From: Promethearchaeota archaeon
Lineage (GTDB): Archaea > Asgardarchaeota > Heimdallarchaeia > Hodarchaeales > Hodarchaeaceae
Assembly: GCA_048938105.1 (NCBI GenBank)
Contig: JBHLMN010000004.1
Span: forward strand, 96,001-160,000
Length of the DNA stretch: 64,000 nt
Direction of reading: 5' to 3'
Shown here piece after piece: positions 1 to 10,176 of the stretch. Position 1 is the first letter of the stretch; each line of letters begins with the position of its first letter. The position numbers and the translations under genes are program-made. Under the pieces are notes generated by a model, which saw only the letters and a program-made list of their open reading frames with translations, had not been told where the DNA came from and did not search any database.

Positions 1-79
1 TCGAATCTCCTCGATACGAGTGGTAGTAGTTTATGTGGGGTGACATTACGAAGTATATCTTCTTATTCTGCAATTCCAA
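1..79 (-). CDS. 5' fragment of a gene running off the window edge; possible GH57/polysaccharide-deacetylase-like protein
   Basis: Manual translation from TTG at 79 after an SD-like GAGGT gives MELQNKKIYFVMSPHINYYHSYRGDS. It is co-oriented downstream of the flippase gene. Confidence 0.4.
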   Translation of the reverse strand, partial: MELQNKKIYFVMSPHINYYHSYRGDS

Positions 80-130
80 AACTAGTTACCTCTTGGGATG
101 AACTCAATGATACAACGATTTAGGAAGCTA

Positions 131-2905
131 TTATAATACAATCTTCCTTTTAATAGCAGTAAGTTCTGCTGCCTCAGTTTGAGCAGCTTCATAAACCGAA
201 ATAGGGAATTTATTATGTAGAGGGGAAATCTTTGCGCCGATAGCTGCACATTTATAATAAAATCTGGCAAAAAAGCCCACACCGGTTACCATGTTTGAGC
301 TTCGGGCTAACTCATCAAGAGTGTTAGCATCATAACCACCAAATAAGGCATAGAAGAAGGAATGAAGGAATTCACCAGCAAATAGGACTAAAATGAGTAA
401 AAACATGGCACTGATTAATCCTTGACCTAGTCCAATTATGTCAACAATTATTACTTCAAATACTTTGAAAACGAGGTAAACCATTCCTGCTGAGAGTAAT
501 GGTGCAATGTAAGACGGCCAAGGGTTCCAATCCCACCTGTGAATTTTGATACGTAAGGTGGCTATAACAAAGATATCTTTTACTGCTAACGAGATAATAT
601 ATGCCCATAAAACTGCTTCCATTATATGGAAATTCATAAGGAAGATAATCATTAATACAGCTCTTAAGCCTTGTTCTATAACCCATGATATCGTTGCGTA
701 AATTGGTTTATTCGCTGCTGGAAATGCTTGATCACACATCCATGAGGGAGGGCCTAAGATTCTTTGGAATAAAAATAATGGTAACAATTGTGCTGCCCTA
801 ATCCAAAGAGGGCCTGATGCTCCAATGATAAATGTTTCTGAGATAGCTAAAAATGCTGCTGATAAATAAAGAGTCCACAATATACCCCATCTAAATCCAG
901 AGATAGTGTTATAATTCAACAAGTTTTCCTTATTATATTCATGAGCTTCTGTAAGTGCACCGAGGAGAGCTGAAGTCATCAGAACAATTGCCATAGGAAC
1001 TTGGCTGATGGTCCACGCAAGTTCAAAATAACCTTGTTCTTGAGAACTATTTGGAATATAAATCACTACAAGATAGACTTGAAGTAACCAAACTAATGGT
1101 ACAAGCATTTCTCCTATTGCCATCTTCATTCCGAACTTAAAAGTTGCAAAGAACTCTGTTTTCGAGAAACTAGCTCCAAAAATTGGTTTACTTGGCAGTT
1201 TTAATGATTTATACATTCGCCAGGTTATGAAAAATAAAGCCCAATCACCAAGGAGTTGTCCAACGAGAAGTCCGATACTCGTTCCAAAAGCAACTCCATA
1301 TTGGACATTGCTTTGGTAAATTGCTTTAAAAAATGGGACAGTGATAACCTGCAATACTAATCTAAGCACGAGAGATTGAAGAGCAAAAGCAATCATTTGG
1401 TAATCTGCACGTTGAGTTCCTTGGAAAAAGTATTGAAACACCAAAAATATCCCTGGGAATTGAATCATTGAATGGATCACAAACATCCATGACAAGTAGT
1501 TGAAATTTGTTAGGGGGAAAACAATAGACCCTACAAACGCTACTAAACCAATCTGTACAACTCCACTTAGGATTTCCCACCAAATAAATAATTGGACATA
1601 ATGATATGCTTTTTCAGGACGTTCTATTCGATGTTGTGCAAAAAATCTTATGATTGCATAATTAAAACCAAGGTCAAAAATTAACCAAATAGCTTCAAAG
1701 AAGTGTAAGGTGTAAGAATACCATCCATTTGATTGTGGATAGGGATTAATAAACTGTGGCATTAAAATCGAACTAACTAGGAGTTGTGGAATGATTAACA
1801 ACATCATGAGGAAATATAATTTTAAGAATCCACTTAACTGACGATGAAAGCCTACAACTTCCCAATCGTTGTCTATATCGACATATATCTCCTCTTTTGG
1901 AGTGGCTTTTAGAACCTCAATATCAGAAGTAGTAAAGTAATCTGGGAGCTTATCTTTCTCTTTTCTTACACGATAAAAAGCCCAAACTGATCCAACAGCA
2001 GTAATGAGAACAATTATTCCTAGAATTAATTGTTCTTCATAATGAGGAACGGCACTGTATCGCCACTCACCATAAATGGGAACTGGTCTCCCAACTGAAG
2101 ATTGAACAGTTGCAAATAAAAGATAGTTGTAAAAAGGCCAAATCATGAAATGTTCATTGGCATTAACATTCTCAAATTCTTCTTGTAACCATCCTGAAAG
2201 GAGAAAAATATTCTCTCCTTCATTTTCTCCAGCGCGAATTCCTGCAATCATTGGGTAATCTTGTTCTTCCTCTGCGTTTAAATCAGCATCATTCCACTGC
2301 ATTTTGACATACATTATTACATCGTCTTTAAGATCAGGTACTAATGTCCAATAAAAAGTTTCAGGTGCAGTATTCCAGACAATAGTTGCTAGAATGGGAT
2401 GTGATTTGATTTGTTTTTCTGCACTCGAAATAGATATACCTTTTAGTTTATTAAATAAATCTGGATTTTCTTCTTCAGTAACATCTCCCATATTATCTTC
2501 AAATTGAGTGGTAGAGGTAAAATTAAATGTAGAAAGAATGTGGGTTCCTCTTGTAAGAGTAGGTCCCATAATAATGATTAAACCGTGACCATTTATTTTT
2601 GTCCAAGCGGATAATGTGATTAATTGGGTCTGATTTAAATTTGCGTCATTAATAACTACTGTATCAAAATTTCCTAGATTGGAAAATGATATTTTTGATA
2701 TTTTCTGAGTAGTTACAACTATATTATCTGAATCAAGCTCAAGGGCAGCTAAAGTTTTTCCCTGGGAATTACCAATATAAAGAACATGTGTTTTAACTCC
2801 TTGAGCTTTGCTAGGGGTTATTCCTGATGAGATAAAGCTTAGAGTGCTTAGGTTAATTATTAAAAGGGTCAAAACAAGTGATATAGCTTTCTTTTCTGTT
2901 TTCAT
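131..2905 (-). CDS. MOP/Wzx-type oligosaccharide flippase fused to an N-terminal extracytoplasmic domain
   Basis: Signal peptide, ~270-aa soluble domain, a TM helix, then a multi-TM region with flippase-like segments (IFDLGFNYAIIRFFAQHR, QYFFQGTQRADY, FKFGMKMAIG). Confidence 0.7.
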   Translation of the reverse strand: MKTEKKAISLVLTLLIINLSTLSFISSGITPSKAQGVKTHVLYIGNSQGKTLAALELDSDNIVVTTQKISKISFSNLGNFDTVVINDANLNQTQLITLSAWTKINGHGLIIIMGPTLTRGTHILSTFNFTSTTQFEDNMGDVTEEENPDLFNKLKGISISSAEKQIKSHPILATIVWNTAPETFYWTLVPDLKDDVIMYVKMQWNDADLNAEEEQDYPMIAGIRAGENEGENIFLLSGWLQEEFENVNANEHFMIWPFYNYLLFATVQSSVGRPVPIYGEWRYSAVPHYEEQLILGIIVLITAVGSVWAFYRVRKEKDKLPDYFTTSDIEVLKATPKEEIYVDIDNDWEVVGFHRQLSGFLKLYFLMMLLIIPQLLVSSILMPQFINPYPQSNGWYSYTLHFFEAIWLIFDLGFNYAIIRFFAQHRIERPEKAYHYVQLFIWWEILSGVVQIGLVAFVGSIVFPLTNFNYLSWMFVIHSMIQFPGIFLVFQYFFQGTQRADYQMIAFALQSLVLRLVLQVITVPFFKAIYQSNVQYGVAFGTSIGLLVGQLLGDWALFFITWRMYKSLKLPSKPIFGASFSKTEFFATFKFGMKMAIGEMLVPLVWLLQVYLVVIYIPNSSQEQGYFELAWTISQVPMAIVLMTSALLGALTEAHEYNKENLLNYNTISGFRWGILWTLYLSAAFLAISETFIIGASGPLWIRAAQLLPLFLFQRILGPPSWMCDQAFPAANKPIYATISWVIEQGLRAVLMIIFLMNFHIMEAVLWAYIISLAVKDIFVIATLRIKIHRWDWNPWPSYIAPLLSAGMVYLVFKVFEVIIVDIIGLGQGLISAMFLLILVLFAGEFLHSFFYALFGGYDANTLDELARSSNMVTGVGFFARFYYKCAAIGAKISPLHNKFPISVYEAAQTEAAELTAIKRKIVL

Positions 2906-3144
2906 ATTACATCCCTTTGCGAATTATCCTTTTAAAACTGGTTATACCACATTGGAATAGATCTCAAACTTAAACTTAATAAGAAGCCTTCTCAATTTAG
3001 CTGAAGGATGTCAAGACCTTTTTTTGATTTATTTGTTTTTCGTAAAACAAAATGATTGAACTAGCCAAAAAAGATTCTGTATATAATAATCTGCTCAAAA
3101 ACTTTCGTGAATTATTGTTATCTTGAAGAAGAAAGCTACTATCC

Positions 3145-5466
3145 TTAAAGTCTCTTTTTTCTTTTTCTCCATAATATTAATGTTCCTAATCCTAAAATGA
3201 GGCCAATAATTGCGTATTTTACCTTAGTTGATGTTGTTGAAGACGTTGAACTTGGCGTTGAAGAAGAGCTGATGGTAGTAGTAGTAGTAGATATAGAGGT
3301 AGAAGTAGATATAGGGGTAGTAGTAGTAATAGTAGTAGTAGTAGATATAGGGGTAGTAGTAGTGGTGGAAGTGGATGTAGAGGAAGTGGTAGCAAGAATA
3401 TTAATGATGACTCTATCTTCTGCATCATTACCAAGGATATCAAAAACGATCAAAGTCACAAGAAATTTACCAATAGTAGATGAATTGAAGATAAATGTAA
3501 TATCAGAGCCATCCCAGGGGCCTGATTTAACTATAAAATTATTAACTAGAATGGTAAAATTCCAGGGGCTAAGATCATAGATTTTCCATTTTAATGATAT
3601 GTTTGTTTGATTCAGCCAGAGTTTCATATCGTTTGGTTTAGATATGACAATTGGAGGTGTTGAAGAATAGACAGTAACCCAGAATGTATCACAATACTGT
3701 TTTTCAACCTCATTATATAATAAAAAAGTAATATTATGTTTGCCAAGTGCTAAAGAATTTAGATCTAATTCTTTCTTAGAACCATTCCAAGTAAATATTT
3801 CTAACAATGAATTATTATTGTATATCTTACCTATTAGAGGTGGAGTCGATGTTCCCGTCCATTGAATACTTCCATTTTTCTGTCCTAATTCGATTTGATG
3901 AGGACCATCACGGTAAACAAGAAAATCTTTAGTAGTAACAATAATAGTATCTTTAGTTATTTTTCCTCCCTCATCAGAAACTAATAAGGTAAAGTTATGT
4001 TCACCAAGATCGAGAGGACTCAAATCAAAAGTTAGATTAGTTGGTAGCCATAACTGATTAAAAAGAACCTCTCCATCATTAATAACTTGACCATTCTGGT
4101 ACAATATATAAGAACCATTCATTTTCAGTCTTGCACGAAAATTATACCAAGTTTGCCAAGTTAGCTTGAATGCTTCTTCTTCTCTAATAATTTTATCTTC
4201 AGGGGAATCTAGAATTGGAGTCAATCGGAATCGTTCTGCTTTAAATATTCCCATCGATGCACCTTTATAATACATTTCCCATACAACATCCCCAGAAGCA
4301 TTTACCTCTACCAATCTTGGACCAATGTCTGTTCCATCATGATTTTCAGTTCCAAAGGTGCCCAAACGATTTCCATTGGGTAACCTATCTGCATCGCCCC
4401 AATAAGCGGAATAATATTCACGTGTTCCAGTCCAAGACCATGAAACATTAGCTGTCATCGTAGTTTCATTGATACTGATTTCCAAGATTCGGGATCGATG
4501 ATTATTCAAATTCGTTTGGTTGAGATAGTCATTATCAAAAAGAATAAAGGTGTTATCATCCACTTTTTCTAAAGCATGGGCATGATAAAAGAGATTTTCG
4601 CGTTGATTACCTTTTTGGTCAAATAAAGTGAAATTTCCGTGTTCTCCTAATCCCCAAACAATTCTACCTGTTGAATGCTCTATCTTAAAGAAGGTATTTA
4701 GATTTCTACAGAGTAAATATATCATATCTTCCTCAATATCCCAAAATACGCTATTAGAATGTGTAATATCTCGATTTCCTCCCATCAATTCTCCAGACCA
4801 CCAGCTAAACGGTATGAAAGTTTGAGTGTGTAATTCCCATAATATAACCCCTGTTATGTTCCTTTCACGAATTATATCGTATTTGTAAGTATAATCACCA
4901 TCAACAATATAATCCATATTTAAAGTAATAAAAGTCTTGGTCCTGGGATTATAGGAAATATCATGGTGACTACCAAAGGGAATTGATACATTTTTACCAG
5001 TCTCTATATTCCAAAAGTATGATGGGGCTGAACTAACCAGCAGGAATGTAGTAGAGTTAATCGGTTGAGCATAACCATAATTATTTTTGCTTGGGAATGT
5101 GTTTATGATATTTCCCTCCATGTCAGTTATTCGAAAAGAATAGGGGGGATCATTGAAATTTCGAAATTGAAAGATATTGTACCCATCAAAATATTCCCCA
5201 GAATGAATTACGTGTGTACTTACCTCCACCCCTTTTACTTCAGATTCCTTCTTAGAAACTAAATTAGGCAAATCTTCGTTAAAAAATTCCTGTGATGTTT
5301 GATGTAATTTAGTAATACCGTTATCGTAACTTGAGAAACTTCCTGTCTTGTCATTAGCAGGTATAAAAAATCCAAAATAACTAGGAACGAATAAGAACAG
5401 CGCGATTATGAAGATAAGAGTGAAAAATTGTTGAAAATGTCGGTTCAGCGTTAAAATCATTATCAT
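3145..5466 (-). CDS. Arylsulfotransferase (ASST)-like beta-propeller surface protein with Ig-like domains, S/T linker and C-terminal membrane anchor
   Basis: Motifs SHHDI, DITHSNSV, HAHA, LFDN, GDADRLPNGN; C-terminal TM followed by RKRKKR. Confidence 0.75.
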   Translation of the reverse strand: MIMILTLNRHFQQFFTLIFIIALFLFVPSYFGFFIPANDKTGSFSSYDNGITKLHQTSQEFFNEDLPNLVSKKESEVKGVEVSTHVIHSGEYFDGYNIFQFRNFNDPPYSFRITDMEGNIINTFPSKNNYGYAQPINSTTFLLVSSAPSYFWNIETGKNVSIPFGSHHDISYNPRTKTFITLNMDYIVDGDYTYKYDIIRERNITGVILWELHTQTFIPFSWWSGELMGGNRDITHSNSVFWDIEEDMIYLLCRNLNTFFKIEHSTGRIVWGLGEHGNFTLFDQKGNQRENLFYHAHALEKVDDNTFILFDNDYLNQTNLNNHRSRILEISINETTMTANVSWSWTGTREYYSAYWGDADRLPNGNRLGTFGTENHDGTDIGPRLVEVNASGDVVWEMYYKGASMGIFKAERFRLTPILDSPEDKIIREEEAFKLTWQTWYNFRARLKMNGSYILYQNGQVINDGEVLFNQLWLPTNLTFDLSPLDLGEHNFTLLVSDEGGKITKDTIIVTTKDFLVYRDGPHQIELGQKNGSIQWTGTSTPPLIGKIYNNNSLLEIFTWNGSKKELDLNSLALGKHNITFLLYNEVEKQYCDTFWVTVYSSTPPIVISKPNDMKLWLNQTNISLKWKIYDLSPWNFTILVNNFIVKSGPWDGSDITFIFNSSTIGKFLVTLIVFDILGNDAEDRVIINILATTSSTSTSTTTTTPISTTTTITTTTPISTSTSISTTTTTISSSSTPSSTSSTTSTKVKYAIIGLILGLGTLILWRKRKKRL
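3274..3392. repeat. (GTA)n-rich low-complexity tract encoding the Ser/Thr linker
   Basis: Repeated gtagtagta and gtagatataggggtagtagtagt units. Confidence 0.8.
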
Positions 5467-5689
5467 CTTGATGATTCCAGCATTTCAATAGAGGTTTTTC
5501 TTTACTCTTAATGTGAATAAATATCATATTTTTTTAATTTTGCTAAACAAACTAGTGAACCAATTATATTCAATTGGTACTAGTATTTATTGATGAATTT
5601 TGTCAATAGCGCAAAATTAAACTTTGAACCAAAAAGTATTCTGTGATACTTTACCCATTAGTCACTAATTACTTAGTGAGAGATTAATA

Positions 5690-6511
5690 ATGAAAGATGT
5701 ATCAAGAGGAAAGTTAATATCAACGATAGGAGCTGTTCTCGAAGCAAATTTAATTGAACAGGTTAGATTCTACGCAAAATCTCCGCTAGTTGAAATTTAT
5801 GACGAAAAGAAGATGATCAGATTTGTTTCAGGTCTTCCAATCTCAACTCTAAACTTGATAGCAGGAGCTCAGCTCTCTGATAATGATCTTGATCTTCAAA
5901 TCGAAAACGCTCTTATTCCCTTTAAGAAGTACAAAGTTCCAATGATTTGGTGGGTCGGTCCTACAACAGATCCCAAAAATTTAGGAGTATATTTAGAAAA
6001 ACATGGCCTTAAGAAAGGATTTGACATGCCAGGGATGTATTATGATTTGGAGGATTTAGAAAAAGAATTAATTTTTCCTGCAGAATTTTCATTTAGACAA
6101 GTTGATAATGATAGTCTTTTGCAAATTTGGGCTGAAACTCAATCAAAAGGATTTGAAGCTGACCCCTTATTTACTAGATATATCTATAAGTTTGAAAAGT
6201 CACTAGGAACCAATCCAGATTCTCCATGGATAAGATACATTGGATTTCTAGATGAAGAAGCAGTAGGAGTCTCAATCTTATTTTGTGGTGCTGGAATCGC
6301 TGCCATATTTAATGTAGCGACTGACCCTGATTTTAGAAGGCAGGGTATTGGCACAATAATGACAAAAATACCTCTTATGAAAGCTCGTGATTTGGGTTAC
6401 AAATTTGGTGTATTAAAAGCGTCACCAGTGGGAGTACACCTCTATCGAAAGATGCACTTTAAGAGATGTTGCAAAATAGGACTATATTATCTCTCTCTGA
6501 ACAAAATTTGA
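5690..6511 (+). CDS. GNAT-family acetyltransferase
   Basis: Acetyl-CoA binding motif VATDPDFRRQGIG and the segment ASPVGVHLYRKMHF. Confidence 0.85.
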   Translation: MKDVSRGKLISTIGAVLEANLIEQVRFYAKSPLVEIYDEKKMIRFVSGLPISTLNLIAGAQLSDNDLDLQIENALIPFKKYKVPMIWWVGPTTDPKNLGVYLEKHGLKKGFDMPGMYYDLEDLEKELIFPAEFSFRQVDNDSLLQIWAETQSKGFEADPLFTRYIYKFEKSLGTNPDSPWIRYIGFLDEEAVGVSILFCGAGIAAIFNVATDPDFRRQGIGTIMTKIPLMKARDLGYKFGVLKASPVGVHLYRKMHFKRCCKIGLYYLSLNKI

Positions 6512-6773
6512 GGTTTCTGACCATTCTTTGCCTTTACTCCATAATTATATTCTGTGTTGAACTCATTATTCTTCCACATTTATTAATTTCTCTTCGGATC
6601 TTCTTTCAATTAATCATCTGGAATATTCAAACGGATTTTTTCCAGCATTTTTATGTTCTTATATGAAAAAATATTCCTCATAAATAATAAAGTCATTTAA
6701 AAGATAAAAATTCAAAGAAAATAGTACTAGTTTCAATGTTTTCTATCTTCTGATATCATCCCCAAAGGTGTGA

Positions 6774-8483
6774 TTGACGGTGATCACAAATTTATACTTA
6801 CAAAACTTCAAGGGATTCGGAGATCCAGGTCAAGACATACCAATGAATAGGATAACGCTGCTATTTGGTGCTAATAGTGCTGGAAAAACATCAATTATTC
6901 AAGCTCTTCTCATGCTTCACCAGACAATTACTGAAGTGGCCGATCCTTCAACAGTCTTGCTACCAAATGGGGCCCTCGTCTCGTTGGGAAGTTTTAGGGA
7001 ATTTATCCACAAACATGATTTAGATCGAGTAATAAAAATTGGAATCGAATCAGAAAATGAGAATAAAATTGATTTCTCATTTCGATTAAGAAAAGATCTC
7101 ATGGAAATGTCTAGCTTTGAGGGGAGCCCAAAAGAGTGGTTAAAGAAGAATTCAAATATACAAAACTGGGATTCTATTCGTTTTCATGGGGAAATAACTA
7201 GTAGAAATCAATATAAAGTTAATCTGATAAATTTTCAAGAATCTTTCGATGAAATACTCAATGATACAGAGAGAATAAACGATTTAATCAAAGAACTTGA
7301 AAGAAGAAAAGAATTTACTCAAAAAACAATTAAATTGCTTGAAGGAGAAGGGATACCGATTGAAAGGAAAGGATCCTCTGAAGAAGATAAGAGTATTTAT
7401 TATAATAAAATGATGAAATTTCTTTTTACTAATATTTTCAAATCAATTCAAGAAGGTGGGGAAACAAAACCGCAGGATGAACTCAAGAGTCTAATTTCTT
7501 ATTTATCACCCCAAGATTTTGAATTCACAACCAATTTGATGAAATATCTAAGTGGTAAAGAGCTACTACAGGTCTTTAATGAGGCAATTGAGACAATAAA
7601 AAAGGGAAAAATAAGTCATTTACTGGATTTCGAAGAAACAATGACTCTACATAGCCCGTTCAGGACTGGTTTTACCATTGAACCAAAGATAGAGAAATTT
7701 CTTAGTGCTGATTGTAATAAAGACCAAATAAGAAAAATAATCGTAACAGATACTTTTCGTGAATATTTTAAGATTCCATCTATGAGAGAGAGTATTGAAT
7801 ACACCATTAATAGGATTAATAATTACTTATCTAGAATTCTTTTCTTAGGGCCATTAAGACATGAACCTGAACGGTACTACTTCTTCTCTGGTAATGTTCC
7901 ATCGAATGTGGGTAAAAAAGGCACTAAAACGGCTGAAACATTATTTTATTCTCAAGAGATTCAAAATGCCGTTAATCAAAAATTAAATGAATTGGGTATT
8001 GATTATCACATTAATGTCACCCCAATATCAGGAGAAGCTAAGGATATCTTTAGTGTCCGGTTATTGGATCAAACACTGAAAACAGATTTGAGTATTTCAG
8101 ATGTAGGCTTTGGAATTAGTCAAATCCTACCAATAATCGTTCAATCATATTTATCAACAAGTAATATCATATGTATTGAACAGCCAGAAATACATGTTCA
8201 TCCTCGATTGCAAACAGAGCTCGCCCAGTTATTTTTTGAAAGAGTTTATGAAAATAAGGAACTTCAATATATCATTGAAACACATAGTGAACACATTATT
8301 CTTCGTTTTCAAAAATTAATCAGAGAAAGGCAATTAAAACCTCAAGATATCTCAGTTATCTATGTCATGAAAAAAGAGGAAGGGATAATATGTAAAAAAC
8401 TTGAAATCGACTCAAAAGGTGATTTCATTGATCCTTGGCCAGAAGGATTTTTTGAGGAGGCATTTAGAGAGAGATTTGGGTAA
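6774..8483 (+). CDS. ABC/AAA_21-type ATPase with DUF3696-like C-terminus
   Basis: Walker A GANSAGKT, signature DVGFGISQ, Walker B IEQPEIHVHP, ETHSEH, and C-terminal WPEGFFEE. Confidence 0.8.
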   Translation: MTVITNLYLQNFKGFGDPGQDIPMNRITLLFGANSAGKTSIIQALLMLHQTITEVADPSTVLLPNGALVSLGSFREFIHKHDLDRVIKIGIESENENKIDFSFRLRKDLMEMSSFEGSPKEWLKKNSNIQNWDSIRFHGEITSRNQYKVNLINFQESFDEILNDTERINDLIKELERRKEFTQKTIKLLEGEGIPIERKGSSEEDKSIYYNKMMKFLFTNIFKSIQEGGETKPQDELKSLISYLSPQDFEFTTNLMKYLSGKELLQVFNEAIETIKKGKISHLLDFEETMTLHSPFRTGFTIEPKIEKFLSADCNKDQIRKIIVTDTFREYFKIPSMRESIEYTINRINNYLSRILFLGPLRHEPERYYFFSGNVPSNVGKKGTKTAETLFYSQEIQNAVNQKLNELGIDYHINVTPISGEAKDIFSVRLLDQTLKTDLSISDVGFGISQILPIIVQSYLSTSNIICIEQPEIHVHPRLQTELAQLFFERVYENKELQYIIETHSEHIILRFQKLIRERQLKPQDISVIYVMKKEEGIICKKLEIDSKGDFIDPWPEGFFEEAFRERFG

Positions 8484-8489
8484 AAAGAA

Positions 8490-9524
8490 ATGAAATTTCA
8501 CTTAATTTCACTTTCCCCAAGCTGCTTTGGAAATAACAAGAACTTAGAACTTACAATTAGGATACTTAATTATTTATTTCGTCAAACAATATTAATCAAC
8601 TATCAAAACTTATATGGTAAAATTGTGAATGAATCCCGTACATACTTGGATCATAATCGATTGAAAGATTTTGAATTGATACTACTTATGTACGATAAAG
8701 AGAAACGAATAGTAGAAGTATCGGAGATTGGTGATCATAATTTTACTTCTTTATGCAAACTAAATCGCTTCCTATTTGAACGAGGTATTACCATTCTTTA
8801 TTCAAAGGAAGACTTGCACTCTTCATTAACAACCTCATGTAAGGATTTTTGTTTTATGGTTAATGAGTCAGATCAAGACGATATTAAGACTTATACGGAG
8901 AAATATCCAGTCCCACCATCACAAGAAATTCGTCTAGAAAAAAGTCACGATAGTGATTGGATGGCTACTAATATTTACATTCCACTTTTAACATGTTCCT
9001 CTAAAGTAGAAATCATAGATCCATTCATTGGAAGGGAATTACACGACATTTCTGATGTTCACATTGATAAATGGTTGACAGAGAGCCAATGGATATTCTC
9101 ATTAACAGAGATATTTAAAATCTTTAAAGTTCAATCCATTTATCGAGAAAAACATTATTCAATCCATACTGCTGTGCGAATTGATGAAGAGGATAAGGCG
9201 GTAGAGGCAGCAAAGAGATTTCGTAAATTTTTTCTAAACGCTCCAGATGTTGAAGTCAAATTCATTTTATATGTTTACGAGAAATTGTTTAATCCACCAG
9301 AAGAATTCCCCCATGATAGGTATATATTCTCAAATAATGTAGGAGTGAATATTGGAATCGGTATTGACACAATAAACCCAGAAGATGAACAAGTGAGACG
9401 AGAAACCCAATTAACTGCGATTGGGATAAGTACAGTGACTTCTGTAATGTCTCAGCTCAAAAGCCTTCCAGATAGCACGACACACACGAAAAAAAGACGA
9501 ATATTAAGAAAAAGAACCATTTAG
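8490..9524 (+). CDS. Partner of the ATPase with a PLD-like C-terminal domain (putative nuclease effector)
   Basis: Starts 6 nt after the ATPase stop. Carries IIDPFIG and PHDRYIF motifs typical of HDR-type PLD-like domains. Confidence 0.5.
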   Translation: MKFHLISLSPSCFGNNKNLELTIRILNYLFRQTILINYQNLYGKIVNESRTYLDHNRLKDFELILLMYDKEKRIVEVSEIGDHNFTSLCKLNRFLFERGITILYSKEDLHSSLTTSCKDFCFMVNESDQDDIKTYTEKYPVPPSQEIRLEKSHDSDWMATNIYIPLLTCSSKVEIIDPFIGRELHDISDVHIDKWLTESQWIFSLTEIFKIFKVQSIYREKHYSIHTAVRIDEEDKAVEAAKRFRKFFLNAPDVEVKFILYVYEKLFNPPEEFPHDRYIFSNNVGVNIGIGIDTINPEDEQVRRETQLTAIGISTVTSVMSQLKSLPDSTTHTKKRRILRKRTI

Positions 9525-9572
9525 TCGCCTATTAATCTAGAGTGAACAAAAATTAGGATGTAAACAATTATT

Positions 9573-9683
9573 TTAGATAGAGCGTTGCTTTTCGAATTCT
9601 TCAATAGCATCTAAAAGCTTATCTTTGATATGTTTAGGAATCTCTGGAGTTATTATACTATAAAGAAGACGTTCATCGTCCAT
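9573..9683 (-). CDS. Putative 36-aa small protein
   Basis: Manual translation MDDERLLYSIITPEIPKHIKDKLLDAIEEFEKQRSI in an otherwise intergenic region. Confidence 0.3.
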   Translation of the reverse strand: MDDERLLYSIITPEIPKHIKDKLLDAIEEFEKQRSI

Positions 9684-10176
9684 GGTTTCCACTAAAAGCA
9701 TTTCAAATCACAGAGATTTAATTGCCAGTACAAGATGGAAAATCGCATTCCCCTATTAAAATGTGGGTGATAATGAGGGAGTACGCAAGATTGTTTTGAT
9801 GATCAATAATAATGTCGGACATATTTCTTATAATAACCTATTTTCATTATTAGGGAAATAGAAGATTTATATTTGGGAATTATTATTAAAACAGCATTTG
9901 AAAGATTTTTTAGTTTCCTTTTCTGATGTAGATTTTTCAAAGTCCTTTATCTTATTTATGAGAGACTTTATTAAGAATATGTGTCTTTTTCACAAGTATC
10001 CTGAATTGAATGTACAAAAATTCTTGGTATTAATTGCTAAAGATATGAAAATGATACATAATAATTTTATTAGGCAAAAGAAAACACTAATTTGCTTCAT
10101 GGTTAAGAGAAATTTTTTTAATACTTTTTTGATTGGATTTACAGTCCTTTCGACATTATTGAAAGGAGGAGAAAAA

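Noticed and set aside
3197-3580. Val-rich and Leu-rich overlapping ORFs
   Set aside because: Alternative-frame shadows of the Ser/Thr linker repeat.
9898-10176. 93-aa N-terminal extension of the 660-aa ORF
   Set aside because: A strong SD and a signal peptide place the start at 10177.
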